Below, one piece after another: positions 45,525 through 58,836 of a stretch of DNA of 64,000 nucleotides. The DNA comes from Aplysia californica (lineage: Eukaryota). Positions within the stretch are counted from its first letter, which is position 1; the number at the start of each line of letters is the position of its first letter. The position numbers were made by a program, and so were the translations under genes. The notes beneath the pieces were generated by a model. It made no database searches. It was not told the origin of the DNA and was given only the letters and a program-made list of their open reading frames with translations. The stretch spans positions 72,038 to 136,037 of the forward strand of contig NW_004798335.1 of assembly GCF_000002075.1 (NCBI RefSeq). Direction: 5' to 3'.

Positions 45525-46545
45525 ACAGTACGGTCAAAAATTTGTGGCACAACCTGTCCTCAAATATCTCTTTTTACGGGTGAAGCCGATGTCATTGGCA
45601 TACTATGGCATACTTTACGCAGCAGTTTGTATCAATCTGTCTTTATACTTAATCAAATTTTCCCACAACAATAGAGGCTAGCTTAAAAAAATAATTGTTC
45701 ATACATAAACTTTTTAAAATTTTAACGGAAAATGGGATTGTTCACAGCACACCCCTCTTGCCGTATACATTTAATTTTGTATACGACGCATATATGTGTC
45801 ACAATTAAATTCTGACCAATAACTCTAAATTTTAGTAGAAATTTGTAGGCCCACACAATGATACGGTCTCTGGGCCCACAGGTACAAGAAATTATTTTTT
45901 ATTTGTGGACACTTTTTTTGCACTAAAGGTTCTCAAAATATGCGTTCAATAAGCATAAAGTCGCGATAACAAAGCACGGACTTGCTTTTAAAAGTAAGCG
46001 ATATTGTCCCAGCTTTTAACCTGTTAAAATCTATAGGCATAGAGCGGTCCACAGATTCTGTGGTGCGGTAAAAAATTCCTCAAGAACATGTTTAACGGGT
46101 GCATAATTATTATGCCACCCATGCTTTGCACATCAGTTTGTATCAACGTGTCTTAACGTAATCATATTTTTCCATAACAATTGAGGTTATATTTAAAAAA
46201 CTTTTCTTTATCAATGTATATGAAATAGTATTATAAATCTCCGTCACGTGGAAAAGGGAATTACATGTATGCACAGCACTTCCCTCTTCTCACACACATT
46301 TTGCATGCGCACATGACGTGACCTGCGTTATAGTTATACGTTATACGTTATACGTCACAGCTCACCAATGATACTGTTTAGTGTTTAGGCCTAAGCTAGA
46401 TCTAGTTGCAAAACTTGTTAAAAGAAATTAATTTTATAGAGAACATATTTTCGCTCTAAAGGTTCTCAAATCATCCGTTCAATAAGCATGATGACACAAT
46501 TAGAAAAATAAAAAATGAGAGACTTGCTTTTAAAAGCGACCCAGT
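45525..46545 (+). repeat. Old tandem duplication (about 0.5-kb unit x2) upstream of ALDH6A1
   Basis: Shared blocks cagtttgtatcaa, ctaaaggttctcaaa, gttcaataagcat and gacttgcttttaaaag occur in the same order twice. Confidence 0.65.
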
Positions 46546-46825
46546 CCCTACCCTGTATAGCCTAGCATTGGCATAGAACAGCAACTGGAATTTTTTATTG
46601 GTATTTATGAAGGAATTTTCTAGAATACAGCTGCAAGGTTCTTACAAAAATATTAATCTGTTAAGACAAATTGGTACAAGTCATTGTGCAAAAACTGGAG
46701 ACTTAAATGTTCGATGGTTGAGGAAATATTTGACAATAAGTTGCTCCACGAATTTCGACCACACTCAAACTCAAAGATAGGCGTATCTTTGGGACTTTGG
46801 GAGGCGTGAGTAGAATAAGAGCCTA

Positions 46826-46915
46826 CGATTGGTTGAAATTTCACCCTCTCGTTGTGTCATACTGTGACCTCACAGGGGTCATTCATTTTATCGCACACCA
46901 CTCGGCCTCAGTCTT
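46826..46915 (+). promoter_or_regulatory. Candidate ALDH6A1 core promoter
   Basis: Reverse CCAAT (ATTGG 46828-46832) and Inr-like TCAGTC (46908-46913) about 90 nt upstream of the proposed ATG, in a locally CpG-richer region. Confidence 0.35.
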
Positions 46916-47001
46916 TTCCACCACTCGACTGGACTCCACCAACAGCAGGCAGCAGCAACAGTGGGATAACCCCAGCCTAGATCGCAGTTCTCGCCATAAA
47001 G

Positions 47002-47037
47002 ATGAAACTCCTTAGCATAATCCGCAGCTTGAAGCTG
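47002..47037 (+). CDS. ALDH6A1: ALDH6A1 putative first coding exon (mitochondrial presequence MKLLSIIRSLKL)
   Basis: aagATG, basic/hydrophobic peptide with no acidic residues, CTG|gtaatt donor in phase 0. Confidence 0.65.
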
Positions 47038-50000
47038 GTAATTACGTCGAATGAACTTATATGCACGTGCTTTTAAATTGGCTTAAATGTGGTTTCGTGT
47101 TAGATTTTGCAACGAGTTGTAATTTACGTAAGTCAAGTTGTGTATATTTCTCCGCCTGCCAATGATCTGTCGAGCGAATCGGAGCGTGCGCACGGTCGAA
47201 ATCTGGGTCTTGATCAAATTCGCAATTCTCCTATGTCCTATGTTTGCAGATAGATCTAGATCTAGATCTAGATCTAGATTAGATTGATGTGTATTCTTTT
47301 TCAAATGCAAAATTACTCTGTCTGAACAGTGTCTTCCACGTTAAAATTAAGCTGCAAAACTGGATGTAGTCTAGTCTAGATCTAGTAGACCATGTGTAAG
47401 TAAAGCTTGGCTTAGGCTTAGGTTTTGACATTGATTTTGTAACTTGCATATATTCTGTTGTGGTGTTCTTTGCCAAGGCCTAGATTCTAGATCTAGTATT
47501 CTTGGTCACAATGACACAAAGCAGTTGAATTTGAATGTTTTGGAATGAATTCAAAACTAGATCTAATGGGGCCTCTTGAAAGGCCTATTTCGACTCATAC
47601 TCCAATGCGTGTGTGCAAACACTAAGAGTACTGGGTGTGAAGCAGAAGCAATTCGACCTTGGCCTTCCTCGGTTTCTATGATCTGGCGAAGGAACTTACA
47701 ACAAATGAACGCCGACCATGGTGACCCAGTGCGAACTGATGGTCTTTTCTTTACAAAGGATATTATATAATAGTAGGGCCTGGCAGTGGGCAACGATATG
47801 GGAGGGAATATATATAGATCTGTAAAAAAACAAACGAAATGGCTGCCTGTACGCACAGCATCGAGGCTATGTGCACGGCCCTCCACTTTATAAAGGGCGT
47901 GAGCCGGGCTACCTGGGAAGCGCGCAGGCCCTATATATAGGGATGACCTACTTCGATTGGGAGGCGCGCAGCTATAAAGGGCATAGACGCTGACCTTTTT
48001 TCAATGGAAAATTTCAGCCTTCCTTATATATATGGAAAATGACGTAGTAAATTACAGGTCAAAGCTATAAGTAGTGACCAATGACTTTGCAAGTTATCTT
48101 GACCTCGTTGAGCGTCTCTTGGCCAAAGATTGTACATATAACAAAATAGTTCACTCAGCCAAAAAGGTGTCTGCGGAAGTCCGCACATTGGTTCATATGA
48201 CGCTGCAGTCTTAGTTTTGAAGCTCTCTTTCATTTTACCAGAAGAAGAATAGGAATAGCACAGTTTATTAGTTTATTCACTTTTATTATATTTTCACACA
48301 AGTAGGGTAACTCTGATTGCAAAGTCCGCACTTTTTCGAAGAGGGCGCCACAGAATATTGAGGACACTTTTTAAAAATTGGCTCAATTATAAAGGAGTGA
48401 ACTATCTTGTTATACATGATCTTTGTCTTGGCCAAGATATCGAACGATAAAGTGACGCGGTCCAGCTGAGCGATTATCAAGGCTGTGAGCATACTATTCT
48501 ATCTAAATCTGAGGGCCGTACACATAGCTATGAGGCTGTGCGTACGGGAGGGCAGTACGCATAGCCACAGGCAAAAAAAAGAGGATGAAGGGGGTGGGGT
48601 GGGCCTGGGGAAATAAGATAGAGAGAGAAAAAGTAAGAGAGTGGGAGAGAAAGGGGAGGAGGGGTGGGGCGGCTGTCTTATAAAGACTGATTATGAATTT
48701 TATGTTTTGATCCCTTTGCAGTCGTGAAACGCAGTGTAATAGCCTACCAGTAGTCATAAGTCTGAATAGCAACGGGAGACTATTCGGACTCGAATTCAGA
48801 CCTCGCTTACGGTACAACCGGTGATTGCGCACACACACTGGAATTTGAGTCCGAATAGCCTCCAGCGGCTGTTTAGACTCGAGTCCGTATAGCCACTTTG
48901 ACTTTGCTCTTGAAAACCATTATCATTAGCCTACCTTTGTGTCCAGTCCATGGGCATTCTCAAACATGATGATGCATTTATTTGATACACCTCAACACCA
49001 CCCAGACTAGACGAATGCATTGTGTGGTGGAACGAAAACTTTTCTTCCCATTTTGAATTTAGGACCTGTCGTAGTTCATAGCCAGAGTTCTTTAGCCTTT
49101 TACAAGTTTCACATGTGACATGGGTCTATGGTCGCTGCAGGATTCTAAACATTTAACTCGGCCTTTCTGTAAGTTTTAGAAAGAATGGAGTGAAAAAAAC
49201 AAGGCTGTTACTGTACTGTATTATATTACATTTTAGCTGTTTGGAATCAAACGTTGTAGCGACATTTGAATAGGTAATCTGGCTGAAAGTTTTTAATTGG
49301 ATATAATGTGTTCTGTGATTTCGGTCAGAATTCAGGGGGGGGGGGGAACAAGTGCATTTTCAGAGTTCGCTGTTTAGAACCTTGCTTGAGGGACGATATA
49401 TATATTATATTATTGTTGTATCGGCCTTTTAGGCTTACTATAGAAATTAATGATGGTAAACATTTTATTTAAAACTTACCCTGCCACTGGTGACCTAAGT
49501 TGTCGTCATGGAAACTTCTCCATACCTACGACCTGAGTCGTCTTCATAAGTATAATTTATTCTCTCATGGTCTGTTGTCGACACCATTATTACACCTTAT
49601 TAGTTTAAAACTGACAACATCTAGTACTTGTGGGAAACCGAAAGTAACTTTCCTGAATGGTTTCCATCCGATCCAAGGTTTTGTGGGCAAATTTTTGCCT
49701 TTGTTACTTGTTAGTGAATTTTTTTTAGCATCTTCACAACGCTGAAAAAAGTTTCGGAATGGATGATGAACCAGACTATACCATGACCCAAAATGACTCT
49801 GATTCTGACTTTTTAGAGGCTCATAATTAACGCTGTGACTCTGAAGAACCAGTTGAGGTTTCTGAGACAAGAGTCAGTGATGCTAGGAAGACAAGGGTTA
49901 GTGGTGACGATGTTGGTGGCAGAGGTGAAGGCGATGGCGTAAACTGCAGAGTAAAAGAGGGCGTGTCCCTATACACAGGATCAGGCCTAGGCCTACTGTT

Positions 50001-53000
50001 ACTACACTTGATAGGCAGTGGGGCTGGAGTGTTTTAGAAACTGATCTACATAAGCAAATCAGTGTGAATGTTACATGAATGAGATTATATCTCTTTATTT
50101 TAAAAATAAATAGGACGCAAACTCTTTGTAGAAATTTTACAGCGTGTGCATACATGATAATATATGTACAGGAAGCAAAGGCATAACATATGCACTCGGT
50201 ATCACAATACTTACATAATAGTATATTACATTATAACACATATATATAATTAATTGTCTACCCTACAGTCATTTGTAGTCTGTATTAAAGATTGTTTTGA
50301 GTAGGTACCACCCCTTTTTTTCGCTAAAATTGTCAAATCCAAGTTGGCCTCCAAGGTTAGGTGAATCAAGGTCAATTTAAAATGTCAAAATTTCAAAGTC
50401 CGTTTGGTACCCAACGATATTTTAAAGTTTCAGAGTCGTATCTTGAGGTTTTAAAAATGAATTTTTTCATCATTTATCCCCCAAAATTGACAATGCTCAA
50501 AACTGCTTTTGGCAGTGGAAAAACAAACCTCAAAATAGGCTGGCAGTGTAAGTGTTAAAAATGAAGAGTATTTATGTCATGGCGCGATGGAATCAGGTGC
50601 TCTTCAGTTTTTGGGCTTATTTGTATCTTTAAGCTTGTTCATTTTGTCTTGCTTTTGATGAATAAATAACCTATATCTATCTTCAGTAGATGTTGAGATA
50701 TTCAGGATTGAGGAGGGGGGGGGGTGTGTTTCGCCTGGTTTCAGAGGTAAATAAACAAGAAAAAGGCCGCTAATGTTTGGTGACTTTCAAAGCTCGAGAG
50801 TCCTTGGAATTTGTAAATTTACATTTTTTGTGCCTTTAATCAATGTGTTTGAGTAAATTCCACTCAACATCGTGTTTTTAAATGAATATGAAAGATGTTG
50901 AGCCAAAAAAACACAAATTTGATGAAAATGGCCAAACTGGAAGAAAAATATTTGGTTTCTTCTATTTCATTATTTTGACGAGCGCCTGATTTCACCATGA
51001 TGCCTCACATTGGATTTTCAAAATTTGTTATTTAAAAGTGGGTATTACAGAACATAATTTACTTTACTCTTGCACTCATCCTCAGATATTGTAGTAACGC
51101 TATTCTTGTGCATTTTTACCAGTTTTAATTGCATATATCAGTCACAGTCACAAATTATTAGCGTTATATATGTCACAGAAGTGTTCAGCAGTAGATCTAG
51201 CTTGCACTGTTCTGTTGAGTGTGGGGAGCCTACAGGCTCATCATGAAGGCATTTATTCGACATTGTTGCCACCTGTGTCAGTGCAGTGCGTTTGCTCTTT
51301 AATAGAGATAGCGCACTGAGCTACAGCTTGCTTGCATTTTGCAAATTTAGTTCTAGGTGAAGCTGCAGAAAAGAGTGGACCATGATGAAACAAAAGAAGC
51401 GGAAAGGCTTCTTAGTTGAGGAAAAACGACTGATTGAAGCACAGGTGGATAAAAAGCTGATATCAGAAGCGGAAATCTGCAAATCTAAGCGACTATATCC
51501 ATCATGAAGGTTGATGTGGCATGGGGGGCATAATTCATGTAAAATTTTGACCCAGTTTTCCAGTTTTATATGTTTCCCTTGACTTAGCCTGACATTTGTA
51601 CATACTGAAATTCATACGCTCAAAACGAAAAGATTTACTCATCTTGCTGATGTCATTATGTTAAAGTGTGTTTGGGATAAATGGTCAACAGAAATGCAGA
51701 AGTGTCACATTGGCATTGCTGTCATACTCTTTACTCTTGAGTAGTGAACAATCTTTGGGGTCAGATGTTGCATACAGGTTTGTGATGCCAAACACCTATT
51801 CTATTTAGACCAGATTTAACGTAAACTGTATTTGATCCATGTCTAAACCTTTGCTGTTCTTCCCTTAGGCTGTACAGAATTAAATTTGTTTCTGGGAGTG
51901 TACTTGAATAGGAAAAGGGGGTTCGGGAGTGGCATGTCATTTTTTCTCAAATATATGTGTGTTCAGTTTTGTTGTGTGCACTTAAACACTAGCTGGTAGC
52001 TTTTACCAGTGCTGTGCGATTTGGGAGAAATGAAACTTCATGGAAACTTCGAAGCGTGAAGTGAATATTCATGCTATTCGAATGTCGTGTGCGAATGTTA
52101 AAAAAAAAAAAAATTCCATCCGCAGCGCTTGCTGTTCAATATTTCTTATTCACCACACTATTCATCCAGCAATTCGTAGCTCAGTGTGCATCTGCCTCTT
52201 CGTGTACCATGGCTGCAGTTCGTGCAGCGCGACTGACAGTATTCATTACCACTCATTTTATTGATCCCTGACCCTGCCCTTCGAATTTTGAATGGAACAA
52301 GGGGAGCTTAGTGGATGTGCTAGCTTATGCAAAACCATCTGCTGCGCTTGAAAAAATGGCCCCTTTAGCTATTTGTGGTGTGACTAATGAATATTAAAAA
52401 GTAGTAAATGTAGTTGTGAATACTTCTTTGAGGCATGTTTTATAACTCTTTTTTGATGAAAGTCAGATAAAAATTCATTATATCGAAAAAAACAAAAACA
52501 AATCGGTATTCGAATGGAACTGCCACTCTTCGAAAAGCTTTGAGTGAGGCAAAATTCATGAATGTCGAATAGTTCAATTGAATTGGCACAGCTCTAGATT
52601 TTACTCATAATTCTTAAACTAACTGGTCAAGCTTGGGAACTTAACATTAAAAGACAGGCAAAATTTGATACCTGTGCCTGTTGCTATATATATATATGCT
52701 TGGTTTGTTCATGTATAATCCATTTAGTTCTCCGCCCTTTGACCAAGATAGGTTTAGATGTATGTGATAGCTTTGAGGAACAAACTTTTCTCTTGTGAAA
52801 TTACTTTTTTAATAGTGTAGAACTCGTAAAGGGGCACAGAAATAAAAATAATATAATCTTGACAAAGATTAGGAAAATGAAAATCCATTCAAACTGAGTT
52901 CATTGGATGTTATGTTTTCGTATTTCAATTTTCCAACAGAAAAATTGATGAAACAAGTGCAATGTTAGTGGTTCAGATGTGATAAGAAGTCCATTTTATT

Positions 53001-53950
53001 TTAGGTTTTAGTGTTGGTTCTAATCTGTACATCTTTGGCATGGCAGGCCACCACATGGCAGGCCTCCACACAAACATGTGCCTTTAAATTGTAATGTTGG
53101 AAAGGTAACATAAACTTTTGGCAAACTCTATGACCTTCAGAAAATCACAGTAGCACAGAGTTGGCAGTCCTTTCTTTTTTTTGTCCCCCTTCTTATCTCA
53201 CGTTTCAAGATAAGGGGAGAACAGCGAGACTGAATCTACTGCGAACAGTACAGTCACATTTCAAGCGTGTGAACACTCATCAGGCGTTTTGATATACTTA
53301 AGTTGTTTTGAATTTGTATAAAAGCATGGGAGCCAGAGGACTGAACTCTTTGAACCTGGAGGTTTAGATCCTGATTGCACTAGTTCTCTCTGGTTCCTAA
53401 TTAATGGACTTGAGTGCATAGTCGGGTTTGAGGTAGTAGTGGAATACCAACACAAACACATCAGGCATTTGTGGCATAGAGACCTTTGACCCAGGTCGAA
53501 CTACCGGTCTGTCGGGTTTAAAGAGTTGATATCAGTAGGCCCTGATATTTGGAATTCATTTCCTAAACCTCTCTGCCTTCTTTTCAGGGTTATATGTAAT
53601 CGAAAAGTTCTCTTTTCAAACCTAATCGCTGCACTATGCAGAGATTCTGCAATGGTACAGCACATTATGTGACCTAGACCTAATTATTTTTCTTGTGTTG
53701 AAGGCACTAAAGAAAGCAAGCCTAATTAATTGTGCAAGCATAAATTAAAAGAATAGGTTTAAACGACTGTTATGCATGACTGTAACAGCAGATCCTGAAA
53801 AAAATATTCCATAGTTTTATTTTTCGTCATGAATTTATTAGTGTAGGTGAAAATATCTGATTCTGCCTGCCTGCCTGCCTGCCTGCCTGTTTGTCCATCT
53901 GTCTGCATGTCTGTCTGTCTATCTGTTGTCGTCCATCCCTCTTTCTCTCA

Positions 53951-54007
<57 letters not shown>

Positions 54008-55689
54008 GGTGGTTGGCAGGTGCTCTAGTGTGGTTTGCTCCTTTCCTATCAAACATCTATTGTTCTTATCTCTCCTCCTTTTTTGTGTATGTTACTCTCT
54101 TGTAACACATCTATTCTTTGGCACTTAAATGACCTTATTGTGTTGCAAGTGCCATAAACNNNNNNNNNNNNNNNNNNNNNNNNNNNNNNNNNNNNNNNNN
54201 NNNNNNNNNNNNNNNNNNNNNNNNNNNNNNNNNNNNNNNNNNNNNNNNNNNNNNNNNNNNNNNNNNNNNNNNNNNNNNNNNNNNNNNNNNNNNNNNNNNN
54301 NNNNNNNNGTGTTTTAATTTACTCTTCCTTTTTCACTTTTCTACAGACTGGAAGCCATGGTCTTCACATGTCCAGATGTTATGCGTCAAGTGTGGTAAGG
54401 CAAAATTTTATTATAACTAGTATACAACTTTGTAGGAGGTTGGCGGGAGGTTGGCGGGTCCTCTGGTGTGGTTTGCTCCTTCTTTCTTATTAATTGAACA
54501 TCTATTTATCTTCCCTTCTTTTTTGTGTTTGTTACTCTCTTATAACATCTCTCTTCGGCACTTATATCATGACCTAATTTTGTAGCAAGTGCTGTAAAAC
54601 ACTTCCTCTTTCCTATCAAACATCTGTCGTCCTTATCTCCCCTCCTTCTTTTTTATGTTTGTTACTCTCTGGCGTGATTTTGTCAATTTTTTTTTATGCC
54701 TCCATCTTCTCTATTGGGATCATTTTGGAGATGGGCTGCTAGGACCCTGTCTGTCAGACACCCTGCTCCAGGGCGCTGCAACTGACTGAAGTGTTTTTTG
54801 GCCTTTCCCAAAGGCGGGATATTAACATGTTCTTGTGCACAGTAGAATTGTAAATGGGCTGGATTTATCAATGTCATGCTCATACTATGTGGGAACAACA
54901 TAGGGGGAACTGCTGCTTTTTCTTTCCACTTCCTTACTATCGTCATTTTTTCCTCTTTTTCTTATGTACGTTTGTCACTCCCTAGTGAACTGCTATTTCC
55001 GGGATGCCTTGGTAGTCGAAGCACTCTGTGTTGTTGAGGCTATAGAGGTGAGCAGAGTAAGCCTGATTTCCTGTTTGGACTTCTCTGTTAACATCCACCC
55101 CTTGGCGCTCATATGCATTTGCGAGCGCCGTAAAACCTTACTTAAACATGCCTGTCAGGACTAAGTTCGGTTGAGTAGGATACAGTATCTTACAAAAAAA
55201 ATATGGAGACTCATGAGGAAATGAATTTACCCACACAAGAATCAAACTCATGTCCTTTGCATGCAACAGCAAAGAGTCATACCATTATGTCACAGATGCT
55301 GGTCATGGAAGGTGTAAAGTTACCTATGACGAAAAAAAAATAATTGAGGAATGAATAAGATGCAATTTGCCACAAAGGTAAACATTGTTCACAATAAATG
55401 TGGAGGCTGAGGGAAGGGTTTCATAAGTAGGTTCTACTTCTTTCCAAGGGCGCTCCTGTTGTTTGTGAGACTATGTCAGTAGGAATTTGATCCCCCTTTT
55501 TTAAAAGGTTATGTCTTATAGCTGTTTTTTGCTTATTTTGCAGATATGAGTGTGTGTGTTGTGAATGTTAGAGTGCGCCAGCAATGTTAGAGTGTAGGGC
55601 TGAGTCAACGAGTTTATTTGTAAAAAAAAAGGGAGGGGGCCTGTTGTGTATGTAAGACTTATAGCTCTTTGCACTCATTTTGCAGAGAT

Positions 55690-55745
<56 letters not shown>

Positions 55746-58700
55746 GTGAATCTACAATGTTATAGTGTAGGGCTGAGAGAGTCTATGTGTGTGTTTGTGT
55801 GTAAGGGTGGGGGGTTGTGAAATAGAGAGGTAACAATTTGCTCTGTTGTGTCTGTGAGAATGTATCAGTAGGAACTTGATGCCCTTTTTGAATAGATTGT
55901 CTTATTCCTGTTTGCGCTTACTCTGCAGATGAGTGTGTATGTTTGAGAGTGATTCTGCAATGATAGAGTGTTGGGTTGAGAGAATTGGTGTGTGGATGTG
56001 TTTAAGGGGTTGGGGAGGGGGGTGATGACAATTTGCACCTGTTGTGCTTGTGCCTGTGTTTGTGCTTATTTTGCAGATATGAGTGTGTGTTTTGCACTGT
56101 TGTGTATGTGAGACTGTATCAGTCGGAACTTGGTCCTCTTTTTTAATAGGTTCTGTTTTATAGCTCTTTGCACTCATTTTGCAGAGATGAGTTTGTGTAT
56201 GTGTGTGTTTAAAGGATGGGTGAATACAATTTGCACCTGTTGTGCTTGTGCCTGTGTTTGTGCTTATTTTGCAGATATGAGTGTGTGTTTTGCACTGTTG
56301 TGTATGTGAGACTGTATCAGTCGGAACTTGGTCCTCTTTTTTAATAGGTTCTGTTTTATAGCTCTTTGCACTCATTTTGCAGAGATGAGTTTGTGTATGT
56401 GTGTGTTTAAAGGATGGGTGAATACAATTTGCACCTGTTGTGCCTGTGTAATGTATTTTTGATGTATTCAGTTTTGGTTTAGTTGGCGGGTGTAAGTCTA
56501 AACTGTTTTGAATAAAGAACATTTTAATATAATGTCTCATAATCTTCTTAATAGGCTGTACATTGAAATTTTTTTTTTCTTTTCTATTGCAGCCCACAAC
56601 TAAAATGTTCATCAACAATGAGTTTGTTGAGTCCCAGACAGACAAGTGGGTTGACCTCCATAACCCAGTGAGTTCTCATTTTGGCTCTATTGGCCTTAAG
56701 AAGAGAAGAATAATACCGGTTTATTTTAAGAAGAGAATAAAACTGGCTTTTTATGAACGTTTATCTGAATTTCCAACTCATCAGTACAGATGCAGTTGGA
56801 TTTAGTTCAAATATTCCCATTTTCCCTTCAGGCAGACACATTTAAAATGAAATAAAATGCTGCTGTAAGTCTTCCCTGTTTTGAAGGCATTTTAAAGTCT
56901 TTATTTTTAAATCAATAGTATTTTTATTCTTTGTAGATATGAATGAAAATAAGTGATTAAAGTTTGTAGTTGACTTTTGACAGGTGTGTGTTATATTGCT
57001 GTTGATTTGTGATTATATGTGTTCTGTTAATTGTGTGAAAGAATGGGCATATTTATGTGTAGTTGAAGTAAGATCTAGAGGTTGTACATGGAGATCATAT
57101 TTAAAAAAAAATCACTTGCACTACAGTCTAGCACGCCATAAAGAAAAATAGCTTAGCAAACAGATTTTCAGGTGCCGAATTTTTTTCATGTATGTTATAT
57201 TCTTTGTATTTAAAATGTGTGCTTAAATTTGTTCTTAACGAAAAGATTTTTGTGGCCTGCTAAACTTTGATAAATGTGTGTGCTAGACTGTATATTGTTT
57301 ATTACGACATTCTCAGTTCTGTTAAGCACATAGTAAAAACCAAACTTGGAAAGCATCCACTATTGCATAACTGTAGACAACGAGATACCAGTTGTGGAAA
57401 GTATAGTGTAAAAGAGAGGTAGAATGTTTGTCACAGGTGTTGCACATGCCTGAGTTCTCATTATGGATCTACGCTAATATTTATTAGGACATTTATTACA
57501 TCCATCAGACTCTCTGACTCAATAAAGAGATCTGCTCTCTGACAATATCAGTGTGGCACTAAAAAGAGACCCTTAACTTTTGAAAAATTACTGATATATT
57601 AATTCAAAGTGTCCTGTCCATTCTCAAAATTTCGTAACTCATTGCGGTGGTCTACGAGAATACTCATATGCAGGCAGCCACCTGATTACGAGAAAATCCG
57701 AATCCCTCTTTATCTCTCTAAAACTTCCTCCAGTCCATTATTTCCAAGTTTAAAAAAAATGGCATTAGAGTTACCGTTATTGCACTTCTGTACCCTTATT
57801 GTCCACTAATTTTGTAGCTGCTTGGAGGGAAAGTTATTGCTGTTTTATTGTGGGTAGGCCTACTTAAATTTGTGGGTGTGGCTGGAGGCAGCCCAGGTGG
57901 TTGTGTCTGCTGGAGGCAACTCAGGTGGAAGTTGGTTAACATTGATGCACTCGTATGCTTTTCATTTTCGATTTTTGTGCTTGTTTTTAATTGTCAGTTT
58001 TTGTGCTTGCTCTTCAGTGCCAATTTTTGTGCTTGCTTTTCTGAGTTTTATGCAATCTATTATAAGAATGGTTCTTTCTTTTCTGTTTTTTAAATTGAGT
58101 GTCAAACAGATTTGGTATTCATAGTCAAGCCACTTGGAAGACACCCTCTTTTCATTGCAATAAAAATTAAACAACAACAAAAACTGTATTTCCTCAATCA
58201 GTGACAATACTTACTTACTTTTTTCTTCCGCTTGTAATCAGTGACAATTATTTGGTTATATTGTAGACTTTGGAAGATTTTTATTTGTTTAATTGTATAC
58301 ATTTGGATATTTCTCAATTGAAAAAGCCTGAATTCATGCAAATCATCCCTTTGTGTTGTTTGTCACGGATAGAGGAAAAGAGGCCCTCCAGCCATGCTCA
58401 CTCTTTGAGATTGGTTTTATGTATGTTTCGTTTATTTAAAAAACAACAAAAAACTGTGAAACATTCAAGATTTTCTTGTTAAAGAAAAAATAATTCAGCT
58501 CCTATTTGGTTAAAAAAAGAAAGAAAATCACAAATATTTACTCACTGTATTCTGGTTGGAAAGTGTTCTTTAGTTATTTTCTTGTAATTTTGGTCGCTGA
58601 ATCAAATATACGATGAAGCTGAAAAATGCAATGCTCAATCAAGCCTAGCATCTATTAGCAACGGTGTCAAGTGTAATGCTAGCCATTCTCTACTCTAGTT

Positions 58701-58778
58701 TTAGGACAGAAGAAATTTGAAAGAAAAAGAGGAAGAGAATGATACAGGGAAAGAGAGTAGAAGGAGAGAGAGAGTAGA

Positions 58779-58836
<58 letters not shown>

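Noticed and set aside
49500-49870. ORFs on both strands that might be a transposase remnant
   Set aside because: No recognisable motif in the frames I examined.
53344-53528. Possible third TTAA-type MITE (GGGTTTAAAGAG end)
   Set aside because: The left end and both TTAA sites are degenerate, so boundaries cannot be supported.
53587-53660. Possible extra ALDH6A1 exon after a good polypyrimidine tract/AG
   Set aside because: An in-frame TAA appears after three codons in the required phase 0.
55902-56645. 247-aa minus-strand ORF with an internal 66-aa repeat
   Set aside because: It is the translation of the 198-bp intronic tandem repeat, antisense to ALDH6A1, with no recognisable domain.
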